Assembly: GCF_964204645.1 (NCBI RefSeq)
Contig: NC_134031.1
Coordinates: 17,223,807-17,287,806, forward strand
From: Tubulanus polymorphus
Lineage: Eukaryota; Animalia; Nemertea
DNA length: 64,000 bases
Direction of reading: 5' to 3'
Both the position numbers and the translations under genes were made by a program. The notes under the pieces are model-generated. The model saw only the letters and a list, made by a program, of their open reading frames with translations. It made no database searches and was not told the DNA's origin. Shown one piece after another: positions 37,069 through 51,762 of the stretch (the first letter of the stretch is position 1; each line of letters starts with the position of its first letter).

Positions 37069-40000
37069 ACACAGTTCCACAATTGTAAGTTAGATGTTTT
37101 TTAAGAATCAGTATTACGGGAACAATACTTATATGCCTGTTTGTAAGCTACGATTGTATGAATATCGATGTCAAGATTTCAATTTTGTGTCAAATAAATC
37201 TGAACCGCCAGTTCAACGTCTGGCTCGTCGTTATCAGTCTCTCGGTCATTTCTATATAATATCTTAAACGGTCACATAGATACGAGTTCGATGAATTCAT
37301 AGTGCATCCGATATTTCATCACCGCTTTGGTCGCACTTCGCTTCGCACAGAAATTGAAACTATACGCCATTTTAAATATCAACTCATTAATCTGAACAGC
37401 AGGTGATATGGCCGTGTGTATAAATTCGTAATTTTCAGTTAGTAAACCAACGCCGTTATCATTTTGATCCCGTAGCGAATTGACGCCGTTGCCTGATGAG
37501 TACATCGATCCGCGATCGAAAATCGAATACTCTACATTTTTATTCCGTAATTCATTACTGAATGTTTAAAACGCCGTTTCATCCTCGCTCAGGCGCGAGT
37601 TTGGATTTTCAACTACGCACGTATTCATTTTATCTCAATCATTTTTTTAAGTTCTCAATTTGCTTACCATCATCATCCCTCCCCCAGCAGTATGTATAAG
37701 AAAATAAACAACAACTATAAAATATGTATTGGCGTCTGCTAAATCTGTTCCGATCAAAACGTGAAATCAGAAGTGAATATCATGCCGAACTTTGATTAAA
37801 AGAAGCCATATTTCATGAAATACATACAAAATAGACAGCTCCCGGTGTACCAAACGCTATGTGATTTGACTGGTTAGCATGTTATATCGCAATTAAGTGC
37901 ATTAACGCCAAAGTTCACAGGAATCGGAAGCATAAATGAACTGACGGAAATGGTCCTGCTCAAATGAAACCTTAATTACACTGTTGCAGGTGTAATTATC
38001 TTCAGCTATTGCCGACTTTGCGTAGGCTGGGATGAATCGTATGCGGTATATTTGGTTGAATATAATTTGTACGGCCAAAATCATGGACATATTCACTACC
38101 TGCGGAGGCAATACAGATCTGACGGATATTCTATGCTTCTGTGGCATGACCATTTTTTTTGTGGTTTCAAAGATCCTCGGGTCAGTTGCTCAACCGGTGC
38201 CCAAAACGTTATCAAAAAATTTCAACTATTTTCGGGATAGCAGACCTATCTCTCAGTCTGTATCCTGAATCCAATCAGTGACATTAAGGCTTGTGTAAAT
38301 TCATGTTTTCAGGGCTGCATTCAGCTTATTTTTTCTATTTTTTTTTTTCACAGGGAACGTATACGGCACGTCGTAACGTTTGCCGTCATTCAAAGTCAAG
38401 GAAATAAATTGAAATCATAATCCAATTAAATTGGCACGCAGCACTAATGAAAGTCGCCTAGACAAGTCAACGTCGGAAAAATCAAAAACAAATAAACGCT
38501 ACTGAATATGCTGCTTGTAAGAAAAGTGAGGATGATTTACAAAAATATTTATAGTTCGTTCCATTGATATTTCATATACTACATATAAATTGGTATTATT
38601 GAATTATCATCATTGTAGCAAGTTTGTACCGTTATTTGAGACACAGAGGTAGGCGCATGGCACATGGTGGATATTATATAGATGAACACCATTGTCCGCT
38701 TTAACATCTTCGGATAGGCTGCGACAAAAAGTCATCAAGAACGCAAACACATCATGTTGTGCGTTGGTTATTTCAACAAATATCATTATGGAAGTAGCAA
38801 TGTCATTTGTTTTGTTGGGCAAATAACGCATGTAATCGGTACAAACCGAGCGAAGGCTGCGCAGACTGTGCGTGCCCTTCCCCGGATCCTGTCGCGACTT
38901 GACCATTGATTTATCGCCGCTGATGTATCCAGTCTGCTTTCCGAAACATCGATCAGTGTTCGTATCGGCGCGATGAAAAATACCTCGCAAAATACGAGTG
39001 TAATACATCGATCGAGACACATCCCCGAATTCATAAGCGATATGCCGAAAAAATCTTAAAAATCTTAAATTGAAAAATACATCTTACATTGGCTTTGAAA
39101 TTCACACTGAAATATAAGAAGTAGAATGTATATATTTAGCACAGCAACGCGACACCTCATCAAACATACCACATTACATGGAAGAATTTTGATCCGACGG
39201 TCGGAAAGTTCATGTTCCCTCCTTTTGTGACGACTCAATCATATATACTATAGATGACACTATCTATGTGTATACATGTATAAACGTCTATATCTATGAA
39301 TGACAAAAATGATATTTTTTGTCGAATAATGTCTTTGACCCAGTGAAAACCGTAAAAATAATGTTTGTATACATTGATGCATATAGTATGCGTATTTACG
39401 TAAGGGCTTTTATTTTTCCTAACATTTTTGATAAATCTTAATGATTATTTTTGAAAGGATGTTCTCTACATCATCAATCAGGGCTAAACTAACTGCCAGT
39501 CAATTCAATTCAATAAATCGATGTACTCAAATTTTAGATAACTTAATGTATCCCTTAAATTGCTTATATAATATTATCATTCATCGACGACAATGATAAG
39601 CAATACATGTGTCATTTTTCAAGGTGTCAATAAACTTTGTAGTTAGTTTTCTTTTTTTCTTTCATCTAGCGGTTTATCATTGAAAACGCGAGAGTTTACA
39701 GCTAGTAGGGAGAGTTCAGTTATTTTTGAAGTGAGATGACTATAATGAAGTATATCGGGTTGCAAGAGTTAGGCTCTTTCTGTGCGAACTGCTGCGGCGT
39801 TAAACAAACTTTGTTAAGATGACGCCACGGTTACATAATTGACTCGAAGGAGCCACACGCTGGTGAAATGAAAAGCGACACAGTATTCGCACACCAGTGC
39901 CGTGTTAATGAGCACGTATTTCAGCGTTACTGGCATGGTCGTCAGCGTCCATTATCCCTCCACGCAGCCGGAACCATGGTCTTTTCCTCCGTCGAACCCC

Positions 40001-41394
40001 CAAAGAATAGGCTCGATAATTACTATCCACGTCAAACCCAGTAATCCCGGGCTTTCAGTCAGTCATAGATGCCAATCAAACGCTGTCCATTTGCAGGTCA
40101 GCGTCAGTACTAAAAATGTGCAGGCCATATATTCATTTAGGCAAAAAATGCACATATTGATGAAAATCTCATCTATAGCTTTCAGTGGCAATAAACCGAA
40201 ACATTATGACGGACTGTTAAGTAACTGAGATGCTATCACTAGCTTTTGAGAGGGCTTCTGATGATTAATTTTGACGGTGTATCCCTCGAAATGACGTGCC
40301 TGTTTACATAATTTTTTTACGTACATATACTTCAGCATCGGTTACGACCGAAACAATGAGGAAATTATGCAGCGCTAGAAATGGCCTCGAATAAACCTGC
40401 GCTTGAAGAATATATACCTTATAAAAGCGAAAGACAGTTCTTCGAGGATTTTTGTGAGGAAAATGAAGAAAATCGAACTATCAGATAAAATTCATATTCA
40501 TTGCAAAATGCTATTCGGAATGAGAAGGAATTATTATCGAATCGAGGTTTTAATTGTTTCGCTAATGATGTTTAGATCGGGTATAGACGCGGAACAAGAG
40601 AACAACTCGACGACTATTGTGTGTTTTCAACCGTCGCTGCTAACCGCGCGTCGAAACTTCTAATTACAGAAAGACGTTTCGTTCAACGGTGTGTATAAAA
40701 TATCGTTAATTGCAGAACGATTATAACCAGACGCCTGAAGAACAGCGCCGGATTTCACAAGATGCTTCTTCCTCAGAGAGGTCCTAGAAATGACGTTTCA
40801 TCGAATGCCGAAGGTGATAGCGCGGTGATTTTGCCTTTGTTGCATGTCACACCGATGGGTACAGTAGCTGCGTAAGAACTTACTAATTGGCTGCTAATTG
40901 CAACTAAACGAACGGGAAATTGTCAGCGCGAGATTGCCACGAGTTGCATTACCGACAGTTTGCGAAGAGGTTAGTCTTGTCCGCGCGGACGAGAATGGTT
41001 TGAATAATTAACGGTCGCGTTATGAACGGAAGTCGGGCCGATCGCATGCCTCTTTTGTTTTTACCGTACACGCCGTGTTTTATAATAAACAGGAAGTGAT
41101 ACATTTACTTGAATAATTCAGAGCTCGATACTACAAGACATGCCTGATCACTGGCCGTTATTTCCTTTATTCTTTCATATTGCGCCGATATTACGTACAT
41201 TAATATTCTCGCTCGTCGACAAATGGGATCGGTGATAAAATATTTTGATGGAAAAATATAAACAACGTCGCGTTTCCTCTTGTTAAAGACGTACTGATAT
41301 TTCTTACTACAAGATAAGTGAAAATTGAAAAAAAAAAACGGAGAAAACGAAAACTGGCCAAATTCAAACCCGACAACAGAATCCAAAAATACCG

Positions 41395-41824
41395 CTTGGT
41401 TAAACAAATACCGTTATTCCTTTAACATCCCTCTCCCTCTCCCTCTCCCTCTCCCTCTCCCTCTCCCTCTCCCTCTCCCTCTCCCTCTCCCTCTCCCTCT
41501 CCCTCTCCCTCTCCCTCTCCCTCTCCCTCTCCCTCTCCCTCTCCCTCTCCCTCTCCCTCTCCCTCTCCCTCTCCCTCTCCCTCTCCCTCTCCCTCTCCCT
41601 CTCCCTCTCACTCTCTCCACGGAATGAAACAGGACTTGGTTAAACAAATACCGTTATTCCTTTAACATCCCTCTCCCTCTCCCTCTCCCTCTCCCTCTCC
41701 CTCTCCCTCTCCCTCTCCCTCTCCCTCTCCCTCTCCCTCTCCCTCTCCCTCTCCCTCTCCCTCTCCCTCTCCCTCTCCCTCTCCCTCTCCCTCTCCCTCT
41801 CTCCACGGAATGAAACAGGACTTG
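41395..41824. repeat. Two (CCCTCT)n tracts, each with the same unique flanks (tandem duplication, first unit 240 bp)
   Basis: CTTGGTTAAACAAATACCGTTATTCCTTTAACATC at 41395 and 41635; CTCTCCACGGAATGAAACAGGACTTG follows both tracts. Confidence 0.95.
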
Positions 41825-43522
41825 CATATACAAATATGAAATATCCCAACAGTCTGCTTATAATTGACGTCTTTTATTGGTATAAAGGCGAGACGATGTT
41901 AATAACAAATAATTTCACCGTCTCTTTTTCAAAATCACAGGGGAGCCAATTCTTTTACAGAACGCGCGGGGCCTTCATAGCGAGAATGCAAATATGAAAT
42001 TAGTCTATCTAATATGGAGGGGTTCTTAACCTAATTACATGCTATCAACTTGAAAGAAAAATCAAGATGAGGTCTTTAATTTCTAAAATTCTGGAGTTGA
42101 CGATTACAAAACCTACGATTTTTGAAGAGTTGTGCTTACTATCCGACCATAGACTGCGGATCATACGTGGGCTCATATATGTAGATATTGCTCATCCACA
42201 CTCGGGAAGCCGTTACCGACAGAAGGCGTAACTAAGCTACTGACCATCAATCGAGTTGGAAGCAGTTCCTATATATAATATGCCAACAGCGATTACAAAT
42301 CTGACATTAATGTTCTTTTTCGTTTAGAGGGCAAAACCGATGACAAACGATACCACGTTTTCATTTTCACAGTTTGGTACATCGACGACGTAACACTTTG
42401 TTTACATGCTGTGCTTTCACGGTAATGTTGCCAATTATTTATTTACGCCATGACAGCTCGGACTTCCGGTGACAGGAAATGTCGTCCGGTCCGCGATAAA
42501 GTGGTTCGCATCTACGATTCTCCACGTCGCCTGTTTTTGTCTCATTGTGTGTAGGTCCCTCTTTTGCCTAATTAAAGCGTGCAAGTCGATAGGAATCAAC
42601 TGGCCGGGTCGCGCCCCGGTCAATCTATTGAAGCCGAGCAAGGCGTTAACTGAGTTTTCTTTTTAAATGATAAGCAGGCTGATGATCTTATAGAAATACA
42701 AAAGTGCCAACAAAATTTGAATTTCTTTTTGCGAAGAACTAGGTATACTGATAACCTAGCTGTACATCATACACCCAATGTATCTAATTGGACGAAATGA
42801 AAAATTGTTGTTCTTGCTTCGACGACGTCACTGGTAGAGATTTCGTTATATCTGTTCGAATGAGTGGTTCTGGCTCCCGAAACTACTGCGTGACTGTGCA
42901 AACGACGCGTGTCGTTGGTGAAATCGTAGACTGTTTAAGGGGAGCAACTTTTACGATTCAGTGGGTAAGATAAAAGCTGATGGAATAGTAACTAGACGTG
43001 TAAGATTCGAAGACATGGACATCGTGCTTTTTTCTCTCGTATGTAAAGAATGTAGTTTACCGGCATTGGGGAGGAGGGGGCAGTGAATCCTAAGGTCAAA
43101 TTATGTTTTGTATATCGGTTCTTCGGTGTAAAGGGCCATACAAAAAACCGCCAGGATTTTTTCATTGATTGACACTTCTCAAAACCAAAATGAACATTTC
43201 AAATAAATCAGTAATTTTGCCGAGTTAAACAGCCGTCAGACACGCATGTCAAATCGGACTTTCTATTTCATGCTACGCCTACCACAGACAGGTCCGGAGA
43301 GGTTTTGCATCCGTTTCTGGTTTCTGGCCTCTAGCGACGGAGTTAGCAAATCTGAAATTATATTCTGGAGTTCAGCTTAGTATCACATCCAGAAGAACCT
43401 TAGTGTTCAATTTCAAAGTTGTGGGTTACATTTTTACCGTAAGGTTAGGCATCCATTTCATCTGCAAATCGAGGGGTGAGCGCGTGGAAGAAGCTTCAAC
43501 CACCGGTTGCCAATTCGTCTGT

Positions 43523-43680
43523 TTAAAGGTCCGATGTCCTCTAAATTGAATGTTGCGAAAAACACATATTTACATGGAATAAGTTCACAAATAATAAATA
43601 TGCTACTGATTTCAATTTTCAAAGTATCATTTGGATGTCTAATCTCAGAAAGTAAGATTTAGAGGACATAGGACCTTTAA
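43523..43680. mobile_element. TTAA-flanked MITE (Kolobok/T2-like termini)
   Basis: TTAA-AGGTCCGATGTCCTCTAAAT ... ATTTAGAGGACATAGGACCT-TTAA. Confidence 0.7.
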
Positions 43681-46600
43681 GGCCAGTTCGTATAGGTACA
43701 AAGCACCCACCAAAAAGGTTAATTCTTCATTGAAAACTAAGCCAATTATAACTTGTCTGGAAAAAGTGAAGCTTTACAAATCACGACGCAGTACAAATGC
43801 TTTTTATAGAGATTAGTTTTTTTTCGCGAAATTGAAAATAATTCCCGCATCTGTGAATGATTCTCGGTTGAAATGCGAGCAGCAATGACATGGCCTGAGT
43901 AATCAATCTATTTGTTCAGAATTTGCTTGATTTGTTGAATAATCATGTTGCTCGCCAGCTCACGTCATCGGTACCATATATCTCACGAAACTAACGAGTA
44001 GTCGCCAGTGACCAGAAACGAGCCGACCAACCGTATTATTACCTAATGTAATAGTAATGTTCCATTCCCAATAGCAATATAAATAATTCCTTTGACAAAT
44101 CACTCGGCACATGTCCGTATCCGACGTACTTGGAGGGGTATTTCGTGGTCCATAGTTCGGTAAACCGAATCATACGGTCAACAGTCAATACCGAATTAAC
44201 ATCTTAAATCGTTATGTTAAGCAGTTACGAAAGTTTAGCGGTGATTTGAACTTACAGTCAAATATTAGTTTCATTTGTCAGCAAAAATACTACATAACAA
44301 AATGACCAGAGTGTTTATTCAGCGTTTCAAGTAAATGATCGTAATAGAACGGCACCCATTTCACGAATAAACACAGCAATCCAATTTGAGCCTTCTTGCG
44401 CTGGATATTAACACGTCCCACGCGTATCGTGTTTACTTAATGAAATGAAAGATTTTTTTCCCGATAACTGCTCGAAGACCCTTTTGTAAATTACTATATC
44501 AGTGGATTTGTGTCGATCCGTTGTCGATGCCAAGCGAAGGCGCGCCAAGATACGAAGTCACGAATTTTTCCGACGATGCCATAGTAAAGAAATTGTTACC
44601 CGAAAAAAGAGTTTGCGCGTCGATGCGAAGGTAAATGAAATTCAACTATAAGGTTGCACTCGAAGGACTATCGGTCATTTTTACCACCCGCGAATTGTGA
44701 TATAAAAAGGGAGATTGCATCTAACGTCGACGATACAACAAATTATATGACGCAGGGATTACGTCACAACAGTCGTCATTCTGATCATCTTGACCTTGAA
44801 GTCAGACGTGCTACATCAATGTTAAATCTGTATTGGTTAGTTTTATCATATTCAAGTCTAATTCAGTTGACGAATGAAGCCCACAATATGAACAACACTG
44901 TTACAAGATGTCGATGGTTGGTTTTTGAAAATACAGATTAGTATATATCTCGGTTTGCATAATAACTATAGAAACTTTATTTTCAACGACAAGTTCATAA
45001 TCATATAATAACGTTTAGTACAAAAATGACGGATAACCGTAAAAGAAGACAATATAGATATTATGTGGCGCAGATGGTGCTTCTTTCCACCATCTCTGCT
45101 AGAAATAATAGGTATGAATAGTATGTCTTATAGATGAACAGACCTACGCTAAACTTTAACTTTATGTAAGTACTGGTGAATGATGTTCGTGTTACATGAA
45201 TTACTTGGAAATCTGATACATTTGAAAATATCATATATGTAAGCTTACATATTTGAAAATGTCATTCTTGGTTTGCTTTCTTTGTCACGATGAATTCTAG
45301 ACACTTTCGCGACGGCGCACTCGGCGGAATCTTCGCCGTGAAAGTTGTACGAACTAAAAACCGCGTATCACAACAGACGGTATATTCACTGTGATTGTCG
45401 CTAATACAATCTCGAGTAGAACGTAGCTCTCCCGTGACACATCAAAGACTGCTGGTAATTAAAACAATAAGAACAGTAATATGAAGTACCCATTGGGCCC
45501 GGTAGATGCCGAAGGGCGCACATTCTTTTTTTCGTATACGCAACGATAGTATTCTTTCACGTGTTAAAAAAAAATCCTCCGAAGCTTATGATTCAACATC
45601 TAATCATTGTTCATCGAAAAATTCATCAACGTTAACCCAATTTTGTAACCTGGTCTTAATGATTTGATATACTGTCGGATGTCACGGGCGTCTTGCCTAT
45701 CTCTGAGAGTTGTTAATGTCCTGCTCGCTCGACTGTCGTTCTGTCATTGAGCAAAACCATCTCGTGGAAAATATCCCCCTTAAGTCATGACACTTAAATA
45801 ACCATTGCTTCATCCAAAAATTAATCTCTCAATTACACTTGTTTTCAAAATCGAGTCGTTCATTCTGGAAGGCATCAGCGATAGTCACTTATGCAACGAA
45901 TTCAGTAAATATTCATATCTGTATATGGAAGAACATAATAACCCGTTTAATGGCATCGTTTTCCAGGTGCAAACAGAACATTCTTCGTCCTCGATCTATA
46001 TATTCAGAAGTGACTTGTCGAAATCATCCACCTAGTAATTCGTCCCGAGACGACTTAATCGAGTCGGTTATTGCGAGATTTGTTCAACGCGTATTGGACG
46101 GTGTCAATATTTCATCAGTTATATTCAGATGCAGTTATAGCCTCTGCCAGGTATTGTTTTTACGCCGCTGAAGTTAGTGTCGCAATGGATTTGCGAAAAT
46201 ATCGCAGACACGGATCTCAAGGCGATATTGCCATATGTTTCACTAAGACGTAGGCTTTGCATTGAATTATTAAGGAGTTTTAATGGCAGCACACATTCTG
46301 CTTCAGAAAACAAGGTTTTCCAGCGAGTTGTCTAGTTGAGTGCCTATCCCTTATTCGTTCTTATTGATGGATATGTATACACGTGGGAGATGATAATTGC
46401 GCCGAGCAATCAAAATACACCTCTTCGGAATTAAGAAAACAAGCTAAAATTGTTAATTCGCCCTACGTAAATGTCACCCCAACTGTGGTTTCCGGGAGTC
46501 TCGTGGTTAAGGTTTTAAATCTTAGTTCGATGAATTTAAGAATTTACAGCTTCGTGAATTATATGATTCTGAAATGATATCAAGAACACCAGCACGAACC

Positions 46601-47281
46601 GCCTATACTATACTTTATACGATACCAAATTACGAGGCTTTTTTTCAAGAGAATCTCCTCCTTTTGTGACGATGGAATCCTATTAAATCACGCAGTCGAT
46701 GGTCATCCTGCTTCAACGGGCTTAGCGCTGGTCCGCCGAAATACCTTTTCATATTTTTTTCGCAACGAGACAGGAAAGAATTCGCGCGCACCTAGAAAAC
46801 TTATATACCAACCTTCACAACGTCAGACTTGTAACAAAAACGCATTCAATGTTCGACACAAGAGGTGTTCGACGAGAGATGAACATTAAGGAAATGAAAC
46901 TAGACGACGTTTCTTATTTGATGTTTGTTAATATAACATAATGGTAGTCTGTGTGCGCTCCCCTGGTTTGCCGTTATTAATAAGGACACGGCTTTTCCGC
47001 GTGAGACAAAATACGCCTCGATGAACAGTAAAAGATCTCAGGCATACTACCGATAAACCGTGTATCGTCATTATGATTAAATTTCAGATTTGATTTCAAG
47101 AGTAATGATAAGGCAAGGATGCGCATCCAACAGCGGACGTGACTGCATCGTCAACAGTTAGAAAATGCGCAAGGAAATTACCGCGACAGTTTTTCAACCC
47201 CATATTGATGCGTATTGAATTTAAAACGAAATACGCGTGTTGAAATACTAAAAGAATAAAGAGTCCCACAATATATAACAA

Positions 47282-47516
47282 AAACTCTTCGTTGATAAGA
47301 AAAAGATTATATTCATAGTTTCATAACAAATAATCGCCCGAAATCTGCTAATTCTGATTTTTCTTAGGCACAACGTTCCAATGGTCGCTTCATGCCAGTT
47401 GACGATGGCGGGAAGCGACCAGTTGAAACGTCGATGGCAGAATTAGCAGATTTCGGACGATTATTTGTTATGAAACTATAAATAAGATATTTTTTTTCAA
47501 ATTAACGAAGAGCTTT
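47282..47516. repeat. Long imperfect palindrome of about 235 bp
   Basis: ATAGTTTCATAACAAATAATCG.CCGAAATCTGCTAATTCTG pairs with CAGAATTAGCAGATTTCGG.CGATTATTTGTTATGAAACTAT; inner pair TGGTCGCTTC / GAAGCGACCA. Confidence 0.9.
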
Positions 47517-48960
47517 CTACTAGGATAACCTGGATGAATACGTACTATACGTACGTAGATTCGAAGAGCATTTTGTGAAGCGATTTTCCCCCGCAAAAAC
47601 TTGTCAAAAACCCCTGAATTGGCATCGAGCCGTTTCATTTACAAAATTAGCAATTGGTCTTTATTGGTATTTGTGAAGCAATCGACCGGAGATCGGACAA
47701 CGGAGGCGATACGGTGGGCGAACTGTTTACACGCAATCACACCAGATGAGAGGAGAACTATGATGTATTGCGTATAGTCAGCGGGCTACGTCGGTGAAAA
47801 ATGCCAAGGCGCCGGTCAACGCTAAATTACGGCCTCTTAATTACGTGCTTCAACTATCACTTGATCGATGGTTTTATAGCCGGAGCAATTGTAAAAAACG
47901 GCCTTATAGTTGAATTACATAAGGTCAAGTGACTGTTACTGTGTATACGGAACGAGATTCTCTGATAATACTGCGTGTACAGCACCTGAAAACAGACGCT
48001 TAATTAGATAGATAGTCGTTACGAGTTCATAATAGCCGCACGCATAAAAAAAATAATCTACAACCATAAAATGCCTTAATGCCACTTGTTTACCACGTGA
48101 AAAGGGTCTTTCCACTGTAACCTTTGTGGCAGAATCTCTTCGTTAAGACAGTTTCATTATATGAATTCATATACGACAAAAAACTTACTAATTTCAATAC
48201 TTCTTAACTAGTAAACTTAGCAAAAATGTCATGGCCAACATCTTGATATTAACGGTTTATTTACACGACGGTCGTCTTCTGGTGATGTATGTGTGACAGC
48301 TTCCAAACATCTGTTTATGTTAAAATGTTGGCTTTGACTTTTTGCCGTTTACTTGTTAAGACTTTCACTCTATCGGATTAGTACTTCATAACAACCAACA
48401 GTTTTATTCTCATTCTAGACTTTTCTTTTTATTCTCAAAAGCGCAAACTCTTCGCGACTGAAAAAAACCACATTATCACGGATTATTACTAGCGTGCCGT
48501 GGGCAGTACATACACGAGATACTATATAGCATCGGGTACGATGAAAGGTTATGTCAGGCTAAATTAGGACGGAAAATAACATAACATTTCTCTCAGTTGA
48601 ATCACTGCTCGTTTCATTGCCTGCGACAACACCATGTGTATCAGAATGCATGACTTGCTTTTTTCTACAAGGCGCAAAAATGGATCCGCGTTATGTTTCT
48701 TCAGCCCGAGGGCGCTGCAGGGGTTACAACTTTGATCCTTTATGCTCTACTGGATCACACTCATTGCCCCAATGCTGTACGTAAACAGATCGACGAGATT
48801 CCACGTATTATCATAGCTCGTTGATTTTATCTCCGTACGGAATCGGAGTAAATTGTTGTTCGACGCCTGGACTCTGAAATTCATGTTTTACCGAAGCTAA
48901 AACGGTAACGTATCGTTCAACTTGTTTGAAAGAACGTCGGATGCCGTATTTCAGTCACCC

Positions 48961-49080
48961 GGGGCCGGTTGCATAGTTATAGCTTATACTTAAGACCAGT
49001 CTAAGACCAAGTTAGATCTACAGCCAAAGACCAGTCTCAAGATTTAAGACCACTTGAGTCACGACTGTGCAACTGGCCCC
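48961..49080. mobile_element. Short MITE-like element
   Basis: GGGGCCGGTTGCATAGT / ACTGTGCAACTGGCCCC termini with internal AAGACCA repeats. Confidence 0.65.
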
Positions 49081-50280
49081 TAATAACGATGATCTCTAGT
49101 GAGAGTTCGAAACGTCGTGTTTTGATTTTGATTTTTGATGGATAAAATTCGCTTTTAGTCTTTAACACTGTATGTAGTGGAGTGGGTTTTTAAACTTATC
49201 CCCAATGATAATATACCATCATCAGGGCGCCCAAGTTATGGCACCCAATTTCTATTCAAACACGTTGAAATAGACATTACTCCAAATGTAGATTGTAAAA
49301 ATCACCTTCTGTTTGTCCGGTCTCTTTACTAAAACAATATATCAAATCTATCAGCATTTTCTCAACAGATTCAATACGGTTTACTGAGGTTATGACCCGA
49401 AAAAGCTGATGAAGAAAAATCGACGGAAATTTAGAGCAAACTAGTAATTTGATATATCCATGACCACACATTCGTGATTAATCGTATTTGAACTAAATAA
49501 AAAAAAAACGTGAGCGGGCAACGAAGCTGCGTGTTTCCCCCAAAACTAACCCTACCAAAACCCGATGCGATAAACCCATTTGCCAAGAAGCCTTAGGAAG
49601 ACAGATAAATGCTTGGCACTAGTTTCCTTCCGAGAAAGCGTTCGCTGCAAAATTCAGCCGCAAAGAACGTTGTGACCACGCGCAAGCAAACGTTCATTAG
49701 AAAATTCAGTGAGTTTGATTGATAGACTAATAAACTGCATTAACGTGCGCAAACACCGTTACCACAAGAAATAAGTTATATTCGTGCCGCACGTCACTAT
49801 TGTCTTCCGCAATGATTTAAACACTGGAAATTATGATATCTCACACGTTGAACTAGCGAAATTATTTATGATCGCCGAGCTTTTTATACGGCGATCAAAT
49901 TCTTCCGGATTTTCTGCTTTGCAAAATCTTAATCAATCATCGCACAGTTGGATTGGCCTCGGTCTTAACACGTAATAGAAGTTAGGAAGTTGTCGGCTCG
50001 AAGTCATCACGAAAATCCCGCTAAAACGATTTAATTTCTCGGATAATGGGTCTATTCGATTGTGGTCGGTCTTTATAGAATTACTCCTGAAATTAAGACT
50101 TTTTGTGCGTGTTTGTTTCGTAGAGCAAATAAGTAGAATTCAAAAAATTCGTTCCTATGAAATCCCACGATTATTCAAGCAAAAGATGGAACGTTCTTGA
50201 GTGAATGAGCATACAATACGAGTATATAATTTAGTCAAGAACCAAGAAAAAAATTATCTTGGTATTTCGTACCTAAGTAT

Positions 50281-50370
50281 GGAGCCCCGGAGGTGGCATG
50301 GTGATGAAATGATATTTTGCCCCACGCAAAAAATATATATCTACTTCTCACCATGTCAATTCCGGGGCTC
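50281..50370. mobile_element. Short inverted-repeat element
   Basis: GAGCCCCGGAGGTGGCATGGTGA / TCACCATGTCAATTCCGGGGCTC. Confidence 0.55.
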
Positions 50371-51622
50371 TGTGCGTACGTATTCATCTAACATGCGTAT
50401 CGCGTATCTTTGTATCTTCTCGATCTACTGAACAATTCAGTTTTTGATTTTTCCATGAACCGACCTCAACATGAACGCGTCGTAATGTAAAACTGATTCC
50501 GTTCACGAGATGGAATTCGTAGAGACAAAAGTTTTGGCCAATTTGTTGTTTTTTGTTCTTGTCGATGACGTCGAATTAACGCCGGGCGAAATCTTGTTAG
50601 CGAAATCTCCAAGGCGAACAACGCACGCAAGCATTGGTTTATTGCAATTCCGACTTATCGCTCTTCCCGGTGGCCGGGTGAAGAATGCACTTATTAAAAT
50701 GACATTACAAGCAGTAATAGGAAATTGTTCGTAACGTCAGTCGTCGAAATAAATATCAGAAATAATAATTAGCCGGTGGATATTTCACTTTTATTGAATT
50801 ACCAGCCGCGCCGAGTAAATCTACTTTTATCTTCATGCTGATTTAGACGGGTTTTATATCAGTGAAATGTGAATGTAATGTTAATCATTTAACATTACCA
50901 GATGATAAACACAGAGTTTGTGGTGCGTTTATCGGTTTACACTGTTTCTGGTCTGAGTGTAATTCCTGCACAATTGGCTTGTTGATTTTCGGGCACGGGT
51001 GGATGGGAACAAAATGGGATAAGAACGGCCATAAGCCGTCATCAAAGTCCCCTGGGATCTCTCTCATGCTATTGCAAAAGTAAAATGCGCAAAAAAAGTC
51101 CCGGTCATTTTGGTTGTGTCATGTTATTGAATGGATTGGGATTAATCTAAGGATTAATTCTATTGAACGCAAAAGAGCAGGGCTATTTCTGGTGGCAATC
51201 TTATTATATATTGTCCAAGGTGATTTTTAGAGTCGACGAATTTTGATAAGCAGCAATCAGAAGTGAACACACCTACGTATTTTGCTTGAACTCGAACATG
51301 ATGGCTTGAGTATCTCATGTGAAATACGTCATAACGTTGTCACAAAGAGATACCAACTGTTAATGAGGTGATACTGTGATCCTGTTAATTGCCTATGAAT
51401 ATACGCAATCAATGTAATTTCGATGTGCTAAACGACTTGAAAATACTCTGGTAATGAGATATGCTATTAGTGATCATGATCTATTCGTATATCAAGGTGT
51501 ACTTTTCACTATGTTCACGTTTCCTGAGATATTCAGAGAATTCGTGACTTTGACGAACCTAAGTGGAGGCTTCTAAACATGCTTTCTCAACAGCCCTTTT
51601 AAGTCACGATCGTGAATGATGC

Positions 51623-51636
51623 CCAGCGAGCCAGCG

Positions 51637-51670
<34 letters not shown>

Positions 51671-51676
51671 CCAGCG

Positions 51677-51739
<63 letters not shown>

Positions 51740-51762
51740 CAGCCAGCCAGTCAGCCAGCCAG
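51623..51762. repeat. (CCAG)n microsatellite with CGAG/TCAG variants
   Basis: Direct reading of the sequence. Confidence 0.97.

Noticed and set aside
37490-37535. CTGATGA...GAAA as another hammerhead
   Set aside because: No complementary stem I flanks the core boxes.
41325-41849. ORFs encoding poly-PL, poly-RG and poly-ER
   Set aside because: Translations of the (CCCTCT)n microsatellite.
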